The notes under the pieces are model-generated. The model ran no database searches and was not told where the DNA came from. It worked only from the letters and a program-made list of their open reading frames with translations. A stretch of 62,949 nt of DNA, counting the filler, from Octopus bimaculoides (taxonomy: Eukaryota), in the NCBI RefSeq assembly GCF_001194135.2. It is 8 parts of 8 records of this genome, joined end to end, with 100 filler letters (N's around TTAATTAATTAA, not from the genome) between each part and the next. Parts side by side here need not be neighbours in the genome. Positions count along the whole stretch, not along the records: positions 37,732 to 48,153 come from NC_068985.1; positions 48,254 to 51,281 come from NC_069002.1; 6 more parts are not named here. One strand, written 5' to 3'. Below, piece after piece: positions 38,629 through 51,160 of this stretch (within the stretch, counting starts at the first letter, position 1; each line of letters begins with the position of its first letter). The position numbers and the translations under genes were made by a program.

Positions 38629-39633
38629 ATATATATATATATATATACATGTATATANNNNNNNNNNNNNNNNNNNNNNNNNNNNNNNNNNNNNNNNNNN
38701 NNNNNNNNNNNNNNNNNNNNNNNNNNNNNNNNNNNNNNNNNNNNNNNNNNNNNNNNNNNNNNNNNNNNNNNNNNNNNNNNNNNNNNNNNNNNNNNNNNNN
38801 NNNNNNNNNNNNNNNNNNNNNNNNNNNNNNNNNNNNNNNNNNNNNNNNNNNNNNNNNNNNNNNNNNNNNNNNNNNNNNNNNNNNNNNNNNNNNNNNNNNN
38901 NNNNNNNNNNNNNNNNNNNNNNNNNNNNNNNNNNNNNNNNNNNNNNNNNNNNNNNNNNNNNNNNNNNNNNNNNNNNNNATATATATATATATATATATAT
39001 ACATGTATATATATATATATATGTATATGTATACACACATACACGCACATATATGCATGTAGAAATATGTTTTGTAGTCGCGTTGAAGTGTGTACGTGCG
39101 TTCGTGTGCGAGTGTGTATGGCGTGGAATTGCCGTGGCGCGGCGTCTTTGTATTGTTGAGCGCCCATGCGTGTGTGTTTATTTGTATGTGTGTTTGTTGT
39201 CATTGTTGTTGTTGTAGTTGTTGTCGGTGTTGTGTCTATTGTCTATTGTTCTGCCAACAGTGTTAGCTTGAAGTCAACAGTGGCGGCAACAACAGGTAAC
39301 AATTGTAGGATGTAGGTGTTTTATTGTCGTTTTTTTCCTTCATAGATTGACCGATTTAATTCCTGGTATCGCCTTTGTCAATCTTTGTCGAAACTATGTT
39401 TGTGTGCGCGCGCGCGTGTCTGCATAAGTGAGCGTGTGTGAGTGTGTGTATGTATGTATTCATGTATACAAGTTTTAGTATATGTTTCATTATGTCGTAT
39501 TGTATATACACCCACCCAACTTTGAAATATTGTGTTCCACAGGTCATTGTGTTATCTCTAGAGTTGGATTACACGACACAATGATATAATATACACTCAC
39601 TACTGATGCATACGTACATTATACATACATGCA

Positions 39634-39679
<46 letters not shown>

Positions 39680-39760
39680 NNNNNNNNNNNNNNNNNNNNN
39701 NNNNNNNNNNNNNNNNNNNNNNNNNNNNNNNNNNNNNNNNNNNNNNNNNNNNNNNNNNNN

Positions 39761-39824
<64 letters not shown>

Positions 39825-39910
39825 ATAATGTATATATGCATGTATGTATAATGTATATATGCATCGGTATATATATATACATATATACATATATACATAT
39901 ATATATATAA

Positions 39911-40171
39911 GAGAAGAAAATGAGAGACAATTGATAAATAATTATTTATTAATTAAAAAATTTGGCAACTTCTCTTATAGATGTTTCAATTCTAGATCTT
40001 CAGAAAATTAATTAATAAAATTAAAATTCATTTGAAGGTCGAATCTCGTTGGAGGTAGCTTAAGATGTACAAAATAGGTGTTCAATTTCTACATGTCGAG
40101 TATACGGCGGCAAATCGGTTTTTTTAAATAAATAAATAATAATTTATTAATTGTCTCTCTATTTTCTTATC
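39911..40171. repeat. Fold-back with about 45-50 bp imperfect inverted arms
   Basis: gagaagaaaatgagagacaattgataaataattatttatt (39911-39950) versus the reverse complement of 40131-40171, gataagaaaatagagagacaattaataaattattatttatt. Confidence 0.75.
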
Positions 40172-40337
40172 GTATTTAGATAAATAAACATATATAAACC
40201 ACGGTTTATATAGTTACATTACAGTTGAATATTAATTGTAACGTTCAAAATTCTTTGTATAAGTAACTAACCAGTACTTTCATAGGATTCTGCTATCTCT
40301 TAATGAGGTTTGTAACCTTTATTTGAACTTATATATG

Positions 40338-40370
<33 letters not shown>

Positions 40371-41327
40371 NNNNNNNNNNNNNNNNNNNNNNNNNNNNNN
40401 NNNNNNNNNNNNNNNNNNNNNNNNNNNNNNNNNNNNNNNNNNNNNNNNNNNNNNNNNNNNNNNNNNNNNNNNNNNNNNNNNNNNNNNNNNNNNNNNNNNN
40501 NNNNNNNNNNNNNNNNNNNNNNNNNNNNNNNNNNNNNNNNNNNNNNNNNNNNNNNNNNNNNNNNNNNNNNNNNNNNNNNNNNNNNNNNNNNNNNNNNNNN
40601 NNNNNNNNNNNNNNNNNNNNNNNNNNNNNNNNNNNNNNNNNNNNNNNNNNNNNNNNNNNNNNNNNNNNNNNNNNNNNNNNNNNNNNNNNNNNNNNNNNNN
40701 NNNNNNNNNNNNNNNNNNNNNNNNNNNNNNNNNNNNNNNNNNNNNNNNNNNNNNNNNNNNNNNNNNNNNNNNNNNNNNNNNNNNNNNNNNNNNNNNNNNN
40801 NNNNNNNNNNNNNNNNNNNNNNNNNNNNNNNNNNNNNNNNNNNNNNNNNNNNNNNNNNNNNNNNNNNNNNNNNNNNNNNNNNNNNNNNNNNNNNNNNNNN
40901 NNNNNNNNNNNNNNNNNNNNNNNNNNNNNNNNNNNNNNNNNNNNNNNNNNNNNNNNNNNNNNNNNNNNNNNNNNNNNNNNNNNNNNNNNNNNNNNNNNNN
41001 NNNNNNNNNNNNNNNNNNNNNNNNNNNNNNNNNNNNNNNNNNNNNNNNNNNNNNNNNNNNNNNNNNNNNNNNNNNNNNNNNNNNNNNNNNNNNNNNNNNN
41101 NNNNNNNNNNNNNNNNNNNNNNNNNNNNNNNNNNNNNNNNNNNNNNNNNNNNNNNNNNNNNNNNNNNNNNNNNNNNNNNNNNNNNNNNNNNNNNNNNNNN
41201 NNNNNNNNNNNNNNNNNNNNNNNNNNNNNNNNNNNNNNNNNNNNNNNNNNNNNNNNNNNNNNNNNNNNNNNNNNNNNNNNNNNNNNNNNNNNNNNNNNNN
41301 NNNNNNNNNNNNNNNNNNNNNNNNNNN

Positions 41328-41364
<37 letters not shown>

Positions 41365-41663
41365 TAATCAGTACATTCGTAAACCGAATATGCTGATTAT
41401 AACGCCGTACACGGCTGAAAATGTCTCTAAAAATAATTTCGTGTAAATGACAATCCGTAAAAAGCATCGAAATTCTATCGGTTGACTAAATTTCGTCAGC
41501 ACCGTTGAGTGACACTTATGTATCACGTCATTTCACCATTTTGCGGTTCTTCAGTAGGAGGAAGCCAAGGGCAGAATATCAGACAGAAAACCAGTGAAGA
41601 GCTAGTGATGTTGCGCAAAGCGGGCAGGCTGAGTATGACGTGGCTATCAGCGACAGATTCAGC

Positions 41664-41909
41664 CTTTACGCAGGCCTCTGAGCAAGTATCGTCATGACAA
41701 CTTTCTCTGTCATGGTCAATGCCGCGATCACACGCTACTCAGGTTCCTTCCACGCACTGCTGTAAACAGCGGAAGTGAGCTAGAACGTTAAAGCTTAGTG
41801 CGCATGCACAGCAGAGTTGATGGTGAATCTTTGCCAAGCCACTTTATTCTGCGTAATTTAGCTTCGTTATTATGGCAACAGTCCGGATACTTATTGATCA
41901 GACGTGATA
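41664..41909 (-). mobile_element. Mariner derivative 5' end, same family as 1691-2479
   Basis: Colinear with about 2235-2479, including the same deletion just after the transposase ATG. Confidence 0.85.
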
Positions 41910-42956
41910 TTTTCGTGAGAAGAATCGCTATGAAAGGTGAAAATCGCCTTGGAATTAGTGCTGTCTTAGCATTTATGTTTTGCCCAGCAGCTGTGTTAGT
42001 AGCTGTTATCTTATTTAGTCAAGGCCTTGTGACTTCTTTGTATTATACTGTTTCAGTGAATGATTTAGTCCTTCTTACAAAAATGTGGTCAAAACGGATT
42101 GAAAAGAAATAGTACTATTTGGAGTTCGTAATTGTTATCGATAACTGTAGCCAAAAATTGCCGAATGATCTGGAGTGAATTAAAAATTATTATCTGGTTC
42201 TCGAGTTTTCTCAACATTCGTTTAAATATGTTGTATTTACAGAGTAAATATAAATAGAGAAATAGATGGCGACAGCGAAAGAAAGGGTGACGTAGAAAGA
42301 AAAGTGTGTGTGGGTGAGTGAATGTATCCATGCGTGCGTATGGATACAATGGCGCATACGTAAAGAGAGGTAAATAGGACTTTGTGAAAAGCTGTGTAAA
42401 TGAAGTGAAGGTAACTGAAATTTGTTATACCCTGAATTAAAGTGTAATTAATGAATTTAAAGAAGGAAATGAATCACTTTCTTCAGCAGGGATTTTTATA
42501 TAATCATGGATAGCGTTCATAATGAATTGTATATTATTGATATTTTTATGTCTTGTTCAGCCGTGGTTGGTATTTTTTAATAAATGAATATTCTTTATTT
42601 ATTCGTGTTTAGTCTGTGGTATTGTGTGTGCATTGATAAAGTGGAAAGATTAGGAATTAGGGAGATTTGATTTTTGCGCATATTTCCGAATGTCAATTCA
42701 GTGGAATTTGTCTAGTCCTGGGGTCTCGTATTTGTTGTTGATGAATCGTTAATCTCATTCTAAAGGTAAGTTTGGTTTGTTCAATGTAATTTTCGCTGCA
42801 TCCATTTCATTAAATGGCTTATATCAATTTTTTTTGAAGAACAAATAAAGTGCAAGAACAAATTAAGTGATAGCTTCATTTCTGGTAACGTGAATGAGAA
42901 ATGGGAGTTTGTGTACTCCGGTGCAGAACAAATATAACAGAAGGGTTCATTCAAAG

Positions 42957-43059
<103 letters not shown>

Positions 43060-43189
43060 ATATATGTATTTCAGGCTAGTTTCTACCTAACCAGTTCAAC
43101 TCCCAAGTCTTAACTAAAGAACCGTCCTTACGACTACACCAAATTATGCTTTAGGTTATATTACATGGAAAACTGACGACTGAAGGAGC

Positions 43190-43195
43190 TATCTA

Positions 43196-43243
<48 letters not shown>

Positions 43244-43381
43244 ACTATTTGTCCATCCGTCCATCCGTCTCTCTGTCTGAGTCTGTCATTCCCTCCCTCT
43301 ATCCCCCCCTCCAAACATCCCTCTGTCTGTCCATCCATCCATCCATCCGTCCGTCCGTCCGTCCGTCCGTCCGTCCCTATC

Positions 43382-43446
<65 letters not shown>

Positions 43447-43468
43447 GTCTGTCTGTCTGTCTGTCTGT
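43190..43468. repeat. Compound tetranucleotide microsatellite (CTAT/CTGT/CCAT/CCGT)
   Basis: Read directly from the sequence. Confidence 0.9.
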
Positions 43469-43813
43469 TGCCGCCCATCTCTGGGTGTGTGTGTAATTTA
43501 CATAATTTAAACATATAAATATTCAAAGGTTAACTCCAAAATAGCTCATTATTTATATGCATTGTATATAATTGATTTTCACACTGAAAAGTTTGATAGT
43601 GACTTCGAAGTGCCACCGACAATCAGCGAACCTTCGAAGCCACTCTAGGCCATTTCTTTGTACCCTCTTTCTTTCTTTGGTACATACTACATAGACCACA
43701 GTATCACAGTATCGATCTGACTATTACATGTTGTTATACACCGCTGGTCACAATGCGCTTCCAATTCTGACTTCATTACGTCATTCTTTTATATCTCACC
43801 ACTCACTTGCAGT

Positions 43814-44017
43814 CAGTTACTCTATCCAGATTACAAGTTCAGGTTCATACCTGTAATTATTGGGGCCCTGGGATATGTAACACACTGCCTAAGTACCAAT
43901 CTTGAGAAATTAGGCTTTTCAGAATTAGAAGGGAGAAAGCTAATTCGAAGACTACAGATCCAATCCATCACTGGAACTGTAAAAATCTGTAAAACTTTCC
44001 AGAAGTTTATCATTTAA
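43814..44017 (+). mobile_element. RLE-type (R4-like) LINE ORF C-terminus, second family
   Basis: QLLYPDYKFRFIPVIIGALGYVTHCLSTNLEKLGFSELEGRKLIRRLQIQSITGTVKICKTFQKFII*, with the P.IIGALG and ..GT.KI motifs. Confidence 0.8.
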
Positions 44018-44262
44018 ATATATATGAGTAAGTCTAGATATGCAACTATATGCACGAGAATACATACATAAAACATACAAATCTGCACATACATACATAC
44101 ATACATACATACATACATACATACATACATGCATGCATACAAAGATACCCTGCTGATGTTGAAATTCCGTTGAAGAAACTTTGGATCTAGGTTAGAAACC
44201 GGCTCTTTCTCTATTGGCAAGGAATCTTGAAATAAAGCTGAATGACATACCTACCTACCTAC

Positions 44263-44303
<41 letters not shown>

Positions 44304-44369
44304 CGTGCATGTATATATGTANNNNNNNNNNNNNNNNNNNNNNNNNNNNNNNNNNNNNNNNNNNNNNNN

Positions 44370-44423
<54 letters not shown>

Positions 44424-45922
44424 TTATGTTAATGACCATATGTCTTCACCTGTAGGTATGTTTGATGCGTCTCTACTCACTTGGGCGTGTACGTGAGCGT
44501 ATATGTATGCCTATGTCCATATGTGTATTTAAGAGTGTGACTGCGTGTGTGTGTATGTATGTGAGTGTGTGCGTGCGTGCTTATACGTATGTGTGTTTGG
44601 GTGTGTGAACACGGGTAAATGCATGTTAATATTATTCGTATCACTAAATCCATGTGACTAATGGGGTGTGTTGATGGTTGGTGGTGCCGAGAAGAAGAAG
44701 AAGAAGAAGAAGANNNNNNNNNNNNNNNNNNNNNNNNNNNNNNNNNNNNNNNNNNNNNNNNNNNNNNNNNNNNNNNNNNNNNNNNNNNNNNNNNNNNNNN
44801 NNNNNNNNNNNNNNNNNNNNNNNNNNNNNNNNNNNNNNNNNNNNNNNNNNNNNNNNNNNNNNNNNNNNNNNNNNNNNNNNNNNNNNNNNNNNNNNNNNNN
44901 NNNNNNNNNNNNNNNNNNNNNNNNNNNNNNNNNNNNNNNNNNNNNNNNNNNNNNNNNNNNNNNNNNNNNNNNNNNNNNNNNNNNNNNNNNNNNNNNNNNN
45001 NNNNNNNNNNNNNNNNNNNNNNNNNNNNNNNNNNNNNNNNNNNNNNNNNNNNNNNNNNNNNNNNNNNNNNNNNNNNNNNNNNNNNNNNNNNNNNNNNNNN
45101 NNNNNNNNNNNNNNNNNNNNNNNNNNNNNNNNNNNNNNNNNNNNNNNNNNNNNNNNNNNNNNNNNNNNNNNNNNNNNNNNNNNNNNNNNNNNNNNNNNNN
45201 NNNNNNNNNNNNNNNNNNNNNNNNNNNNNNNNNNNNNNNNNNNNNNNNNNNNNNNNNNNNNNNNNNNNNNNNNNNNNNNNNNNNNNNNNNNNNNNNNNNN
45301 NNNNNNNNNNNNNNNNNNNNNNNNNNNNNNNNNNNNNNNNNNNATATATATATATATATATATATATAGTTATATGTATGTATTTATATAGGTATATACT
45401 TATGTATCTATACCTGCATGTATGTATAATGTATGTGCGTACATACATATAAATGTATGTGTAAACATGTATATATCTAGAGATGGGAGTGAGAGACGCA
45501 CACGTGCACATATCCATGTATACACGCATACTGTCTGTCACCCAGCGTACACACACACACTCACATTCTCACACACACGCACACACACATATCTATGTTT
45601 ATATGTATGTATATACGCACATATATACATATATGCATATATACATATATATTGAATGTACTTTCATTTATTTGGCATGAACGGAGCCGACTGGTGACCG
45701 GATAAGCTAAAAATTTGTAAACTGGAAAATGGCGGATGTTAGATGAAAGAAATTGTGATTGAATGGTTGTCAGGACTAAGTATGATATCTTATTCATTAA
45801 ACCTGTTGAATAAGCGCTAAGCACCTACTTGTTGCATATTATAGTATTTGTACAGCAATAGAATCATAACCAAGTTATAGTGAAGTGGAGATCGGTATTT
45901 GTTATACGATGGGTACAATAAT

Positions 45923-46243
45923 GCGGTGAGCTGGCAGAATCGTTAGCACGCCGGGCGAAATGCTTAGCGGTATTTCGTCTGCCGTTACGTTCTGAGTTCA
46001 AATTCCGTCGAGGTCGACTTTGCCTTTCATCCTTTCGGGGTCGATAAATTAAGTACCAGTTACGCACTGTGGTCGATGTAATCGACTTTATCCCTTTGTC
46101 TGTCCTTGTTTGTCCCCTCTATGTCTAGCCCCTTGTGGACAATAAAAAAATAAGAAACGTTAGCATGCCGGACGAAAAGCTTAGCGATATTTCCTCTGTC
46201 TTTACGTTCTGAGTTCAAATTCCACCGAGGTCGACTTTGCCTT
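45923..46243 (+). mobile_element. SINE family D followed by a partial second head
   Basis: Full unit to about 46150, then aagaaacgttagcatgccggacgaaa...gaggtcgactttgcc repeats the head. Confidence 0.85.
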
Positions 46244-46404
46244 TTATTTTTGGCCCTTATTACACTGAATACATTGTAGACACATACCGTCATCGACCTG
46301 GGAGCCCACTGTACCCCACATCAATGGCTTTGACCCTTATTCGCCAACCGTTCCCGCAGCAAAGTCCCATAAAATACAGAATCGTTATTACCTTTTATCA
46401 TTTG

Positions 46405-46610
46405 TCTTTTACTTGTTACAGTCATTGGACTGCGGCCATGCTGGGGCACAGCCTCGAATCATCTTAGTTTCACGAATCTATCCCTGTACTTACTTTATTC
46501 AAAGTCTGATACTTACTCTATAGGTCAATTTTTGCTGGATTGCAGACTCAAAGAGACATAAACAAACCAATACCGGTTATCAAGCGGTGATGACGAACAG
46601 GAACACATAC
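46405..46610 (-). mobile_element. SINE family A-related 3' part
   Basis: ttttacttgttacagtcattggactgcggccatgctgggg... matches the family A tail. Confidence 0.6.
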
Positions 46611-46818
46611 AAAGATACGCACACAGACATTTATATGTATTTATATATCTATACACACATACATACATACATACATACATGCATACATTCATACATGCAC
46701 ACATATTTGCACACATATATACACACACGCGAAGTGGTTTCGTCTTTTAAATACCTTCATTAGAAGGCGTGAGTTTAATTACAGACATTTAATGACTAAT
46801 AACGAATAAGACATTGTA

Positions 46819-47049
46819 AAATACGCTCAAGATAATTATATTGAATAGTATGACGTCATTAAAGATGAAAAAGTTTTAGTGCCACTTGTACCAGCTCCTG
46901 TTTAAAATGGTCAGTGAAAATAGTAACTTAAAAATAGTAAATTAAAAATTAGAAAGATTAATTACGAAACATTGTAATTAACTTTTTCATAGTTACTTTT
47001 TGCCTTTAATGACGTCATACTGTTCAATATAATTATCTTGAGCGTATTC
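46819..47049. mobile_element. TA-flanked MITE-like element with about 55-bp TIRs
   Basis: aatacgctcaagataattatattgaatagtatgacgtcattaaag..aaaaagt (46820-46874) versus 46995-47048. TA at 46817-46818 and 47050-47051. Confidence 0.75.
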
Positions 47050-47502
47050 TAGAATATATATATATATATATNNNNNNNNNNNNNNNNNNNNNNNNNNNNN
47101 NNNNNNNNNNNNNNNNNNNNNNNNNNNNNNNNNNNNNNNNNNNNNNNNNNNNNNNNNNNNNNNNNNNNNNNACTTGCCTAAGGTGCCACGCAGTGGGACT
47201 GAACCCAGACCCATGTGGTTGGTAAACACTGCGCCATTGAAAATAGATTATATAATTAGTAAAATTGACAACAAAAGATGCTTCAACCCCTATGTAGAGA
47301 AGGCTTCTAGGGCGAAAGAAATTTTGCTTGCATCTCCGTAAGTGAATACTAAACTGTTTTCAGCTCCCTGTTGGAAAGGACTGAAACGGATTAAACCCTT
47401 AAAACGCTAAATTTACTTCGCAGGAACTGGGAATCTAATATCCTCATGAATCTTTTTCGTACTACTTTTGGATAATGGGTAACAAGTAAGTATATAATAA
47501 CA

Positions 47503-47731
47503 TTAACCTTAATTCGTATTCCCGCCTGAGACCGCTCCTGGTTCTATGACATAAACTTCCTGTTTTAAAGCAACGTAAACTAAAACCTTTCAATAAAATT
47601 TAATGCCAGTTTATGCTCCAGACACCAAATTTAAATTGACAAAGTTATTTAACTAACTTCTTCATTATTTTCAGTATCAATGGAAACAAGGACAGTATAT
47701 TTCAGCAGAAATATGGTAACAAACGGGTTAA
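47503..47731. mobile_element. Probable piggyBac-type MITE (second family)
   Basis: TTAA-CC.. left end and ..AAACGGG-TTAA right end. The left TIR is degenerate. Confidence 0.4.
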
Positions 47732-48046
47732 AGTGATCTAAATTATAATCTTCCATCAAAAATTTCATGAGCATTTATGTTCCAAACAACAGACTAATGA
47801 TGACCCAAAATACACATACATATATACATACGTTATACATAGATCCACTCTGTGTGTGTGTATGTGTGTGTAGCGTACTACTGTGTACTCCGGGGTACAG
47901 CGCTCAGAATCTGATATGAGCGAAGATTGTAACCATGGAATTTTAAGCCAATATTGGCCTCATCACCAAACTGAAAGACTTACGTATATACATAGGCGGT
48001 CTTGCCATCCTCCAGTTAGATTTAAGAACTTGATAGAGAATATTAG

Positions 48047-48110
<64 letters not shown>

Positions 48111-49569
48111 CCTATCTCTATATCTATATATGCATATATATATATATATATATNNNNNNNNNNNNNNNNNNNNNNNNNNNNNNNNNNNNNNNNNNNNTTA
48201 ATTAATTAANNNNNNNNNNNNNNNNNNNNNNNNNNNNNNNNNNNNNNNNNNNNATGCAGCATCAACGAGTATCAGCGTCCGACTGATTGTCATGTCAAAT
48301 TCCCCTTTTTATACCCGCTGCTAGGCTCCAGCAGGCTGTCCCAGCAAGTTGTCACGTGACACTGTCTAAATTGTTTAACAAAGATGTTTAACCCATCGCC
48401 TGTCCAAAGCGCTTTCGTAAGTTTCTTCTAAATCTCCCGGCCTCTTTTCCCTCTTTTACTTATACTTCATTCATATGTTATGAGTAAAAAAAAAAAGATC
48501 TTATCTTTCAGAAAACCCAAGTTACCCTGGTGGTTGGAAAAAAAAAAAGGAATGTGTATCATATATGGTGTATGAACTCCAGGGAAATATCTGCTGGGTA
48601 TTACGTGATGCATAAAGACGACAGGTAAAGGATTAATTAATATGAACTATCCAGCAGCCAGGTGCAGTATGGCCAAATGGTTGAGAAGTTTACGTTGCAG
48701 CTACGAAGTCACCGGTTCGATCCCGGTTTTGGCCTTGCGCCTAAATGAGAAATAATTATTTGCAGGGGGTGGTGAGGAGAATATAGAGCGTTAAATCGCC
48801 GACATCGAATTGGTGAGAAATAGGGTATAGGCGGAGGCAATTAGGAAAATGTAATTTGGTATAGACTTGGGTGGGTGGAACATTGTAGATGGTAAGTGAA
48901 TCGAGGCCTGTCGGGTGAATTGCACCCGAAATTCAAAGCTACAGCTTTTTATCACCGTACTGATTCTGCTTGAGAGTTACATTAAGAGAACACGCCACTT
49001 TGGGATACTCAGCCAGGTACACATTAATTCAGAAGTTGGTAATTCAGAGATCGAACAACCAAAATCTCATCGTCTTGCGACGAAGAACCACAATGAATTT
49101 ATTAGAAAGTAGAACTTCACAATCATGAGGTCCTAGTTTCTAATAATATCTTAGGTAAGACTCGCCTACAAAAGAGTCATCTAAGCCTTGTGAATGAAAT
49201 TAACTAGATGGAAATTGTGTGGAAGCCCGTGATTTTATTTGAAGATTACGTTTAGGATACAAGTGTTTATAAATTGCTCATCCACTTATACGCTAATATA
49301 GATAAGTAGGTTACAACTCATCGTCGAAATCGACGGAAGACCCACATACTTTACTTAATGTAACATATTAGACGTATAGAACTAGGTGTATATAATATAT
49401 AAGCTAAGTGACTGTGCTATTTTAGGTCAACGTTATATATATATATATATATATATATNNNNNNNNNNNNNNNNNNNNNNNNNNNNNNNNNNNNNNNNNN
49501 NNNNNNNNNNNNNNNNNNNNNNNNNNNNNNNNNNNNNNNNNNNNNNNNNNNNNNNNNNNNNNNNNNNNT

Positions 49570-49766
49570 AAAATTTAACACACTCACCGGTAAAATTTCC
49601 ACTTATTTCTTATTTTTATTTTCCTAAAATGTTCGTTGCGTCTTGCAAACTTATCAATAGTCTGGACAGTCAAGACTATTAATAAGGTTGCAAGACGCAA
49701 CGAACATTTTAGGAAAATAAAAATAAGAAATAAGTGGAAATTTTACCGGTGAGTATGTTAAATTTT
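49570..49766. repeat. 197-bp near-perfect palindrome
   Basis: Symmetric about 49668. The outer 85-bp arms differ at two positions, and the inner aatagtct/agactatt and gac/gtc also pair. Confidence 0.95.
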
Positions 49767-49906
49767 GAGGCACAATAAGAAAATGACTCTCCCCAGACAC
49801 AACAGGATATGCTTCAACACACGAACTCACATAAAAAATCTTGCAAACCAAATCCAAAAACGAAATATATATATACACACACACAAACACATACATCATA
49901 CATACA

Positions 49907-50467
49907 CTAGCTGAGTAGCTTGTCGTTGTCGGACAAATTTCACAATAAAATGCCTTTCTGTAAAGTTTTTAATCCCCCGTTAGACCATGTCCTTCCCCGA
50001 CTCTGAGATCACGTGATCAGAGCAGAGTGGTACAATTTTTTGCAAAACATTTCGTTGAAGATTTTTTTTCCTTTGTAATTTATTTTCATGTTTGTTCGAC
50101 CATTCCACATAATTTTATTCATTAATACTTATTAAAACTTCAGAACTTCTTACAACTCACGTCGTCGTATGATTTTGTTCTCATTTTGTTTAACATTTGC
50201 CATCGTAATGTTTTTGCTTTCCTTTTGTGATAAACAACTATCACGCAGAAAATGCTAGCTTCCAAATCCTATTTTCTGATTAGGTGAAAATGATCAAACC
50301 TCTGTAACATTTTCGTACAATTTTCCTCGAACAAGTAAATAACAAAATCGGATTCAGCGTAAAAAATTGCATCATTATTCCAGATTTGAAATTTTTCTCT
50401 TAACTTTAGAATCTCAACTTCTGAAAAGACCAGAGAACAGCCGAGAGAGAGACAGAGAATTATAAGA
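49907..50467 (-). mobile_element. Possible non-autonomous Helitron
   Basis: Minus strand begins TCTTATA and ends gtccgacaacgacaagctactcagCTAG followed by T. The 5' flank is not the expected A. Confidence 0.3.
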
Positions 50468-50538
50468 CTTATGTGTATGAGAATTGGGGTGGCGGCGGTG
50501 TGTACAAGTATTCTTGTATGCATGTATGTGCGTGAGTT

Positions 50539-50628
<90 letters not shown>

Positions 50629-50968
50629 GTAGGTATACGTGTACCTATGTATTTATGTCTGTATTGCAGCCTCGATGGTAATGTATTTTCATCTTTCACC
50701 AAGCCCCGCCCACTGTTTGGAAATTTCCAAATTTGGATTCATTCACTTAACTTGTTTCTACCTTACGCCTCTCATTCAAGTTCTGTGTCACTCAGTCCGC
50801 ACCTCACACCACCTTCTTTATACAACAGACGGAAAAAGCCGAACAATTGTCAAGAGTTTTATAAGGTATAGGATAGGATAAGGTACATGCATACATGCAT
50901 ACATTAATATAAATAAATATACACACATCCATTCATGCATGCATACATACATACATACATACATACAC

Positions 50969-51160
50969 AAGGCGGCGAGCTGGCAGAAACGTTAGCACGC
51001 CGGGCGAAATTTTTAGCGGTATTTCGTCTGTTTACGTTCTGAGTTCAAATTCCGCCGAGGTCGACTTTCCCTTTCATCCTTTCGGGGTCGTTAAATTAAG
51101 TACCAGTTGCGTACTGGAGTCAATCTAATCGACTGCCCCCACTCCCCCAAAATTTCGAGC
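50969..51160 (+). mobile_element. SINE family D, young
   Basis: aaggcggcgagctggcagaaacgttagcacgccgggcgaaa...; CpGs intact. Confidence 0.85.
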
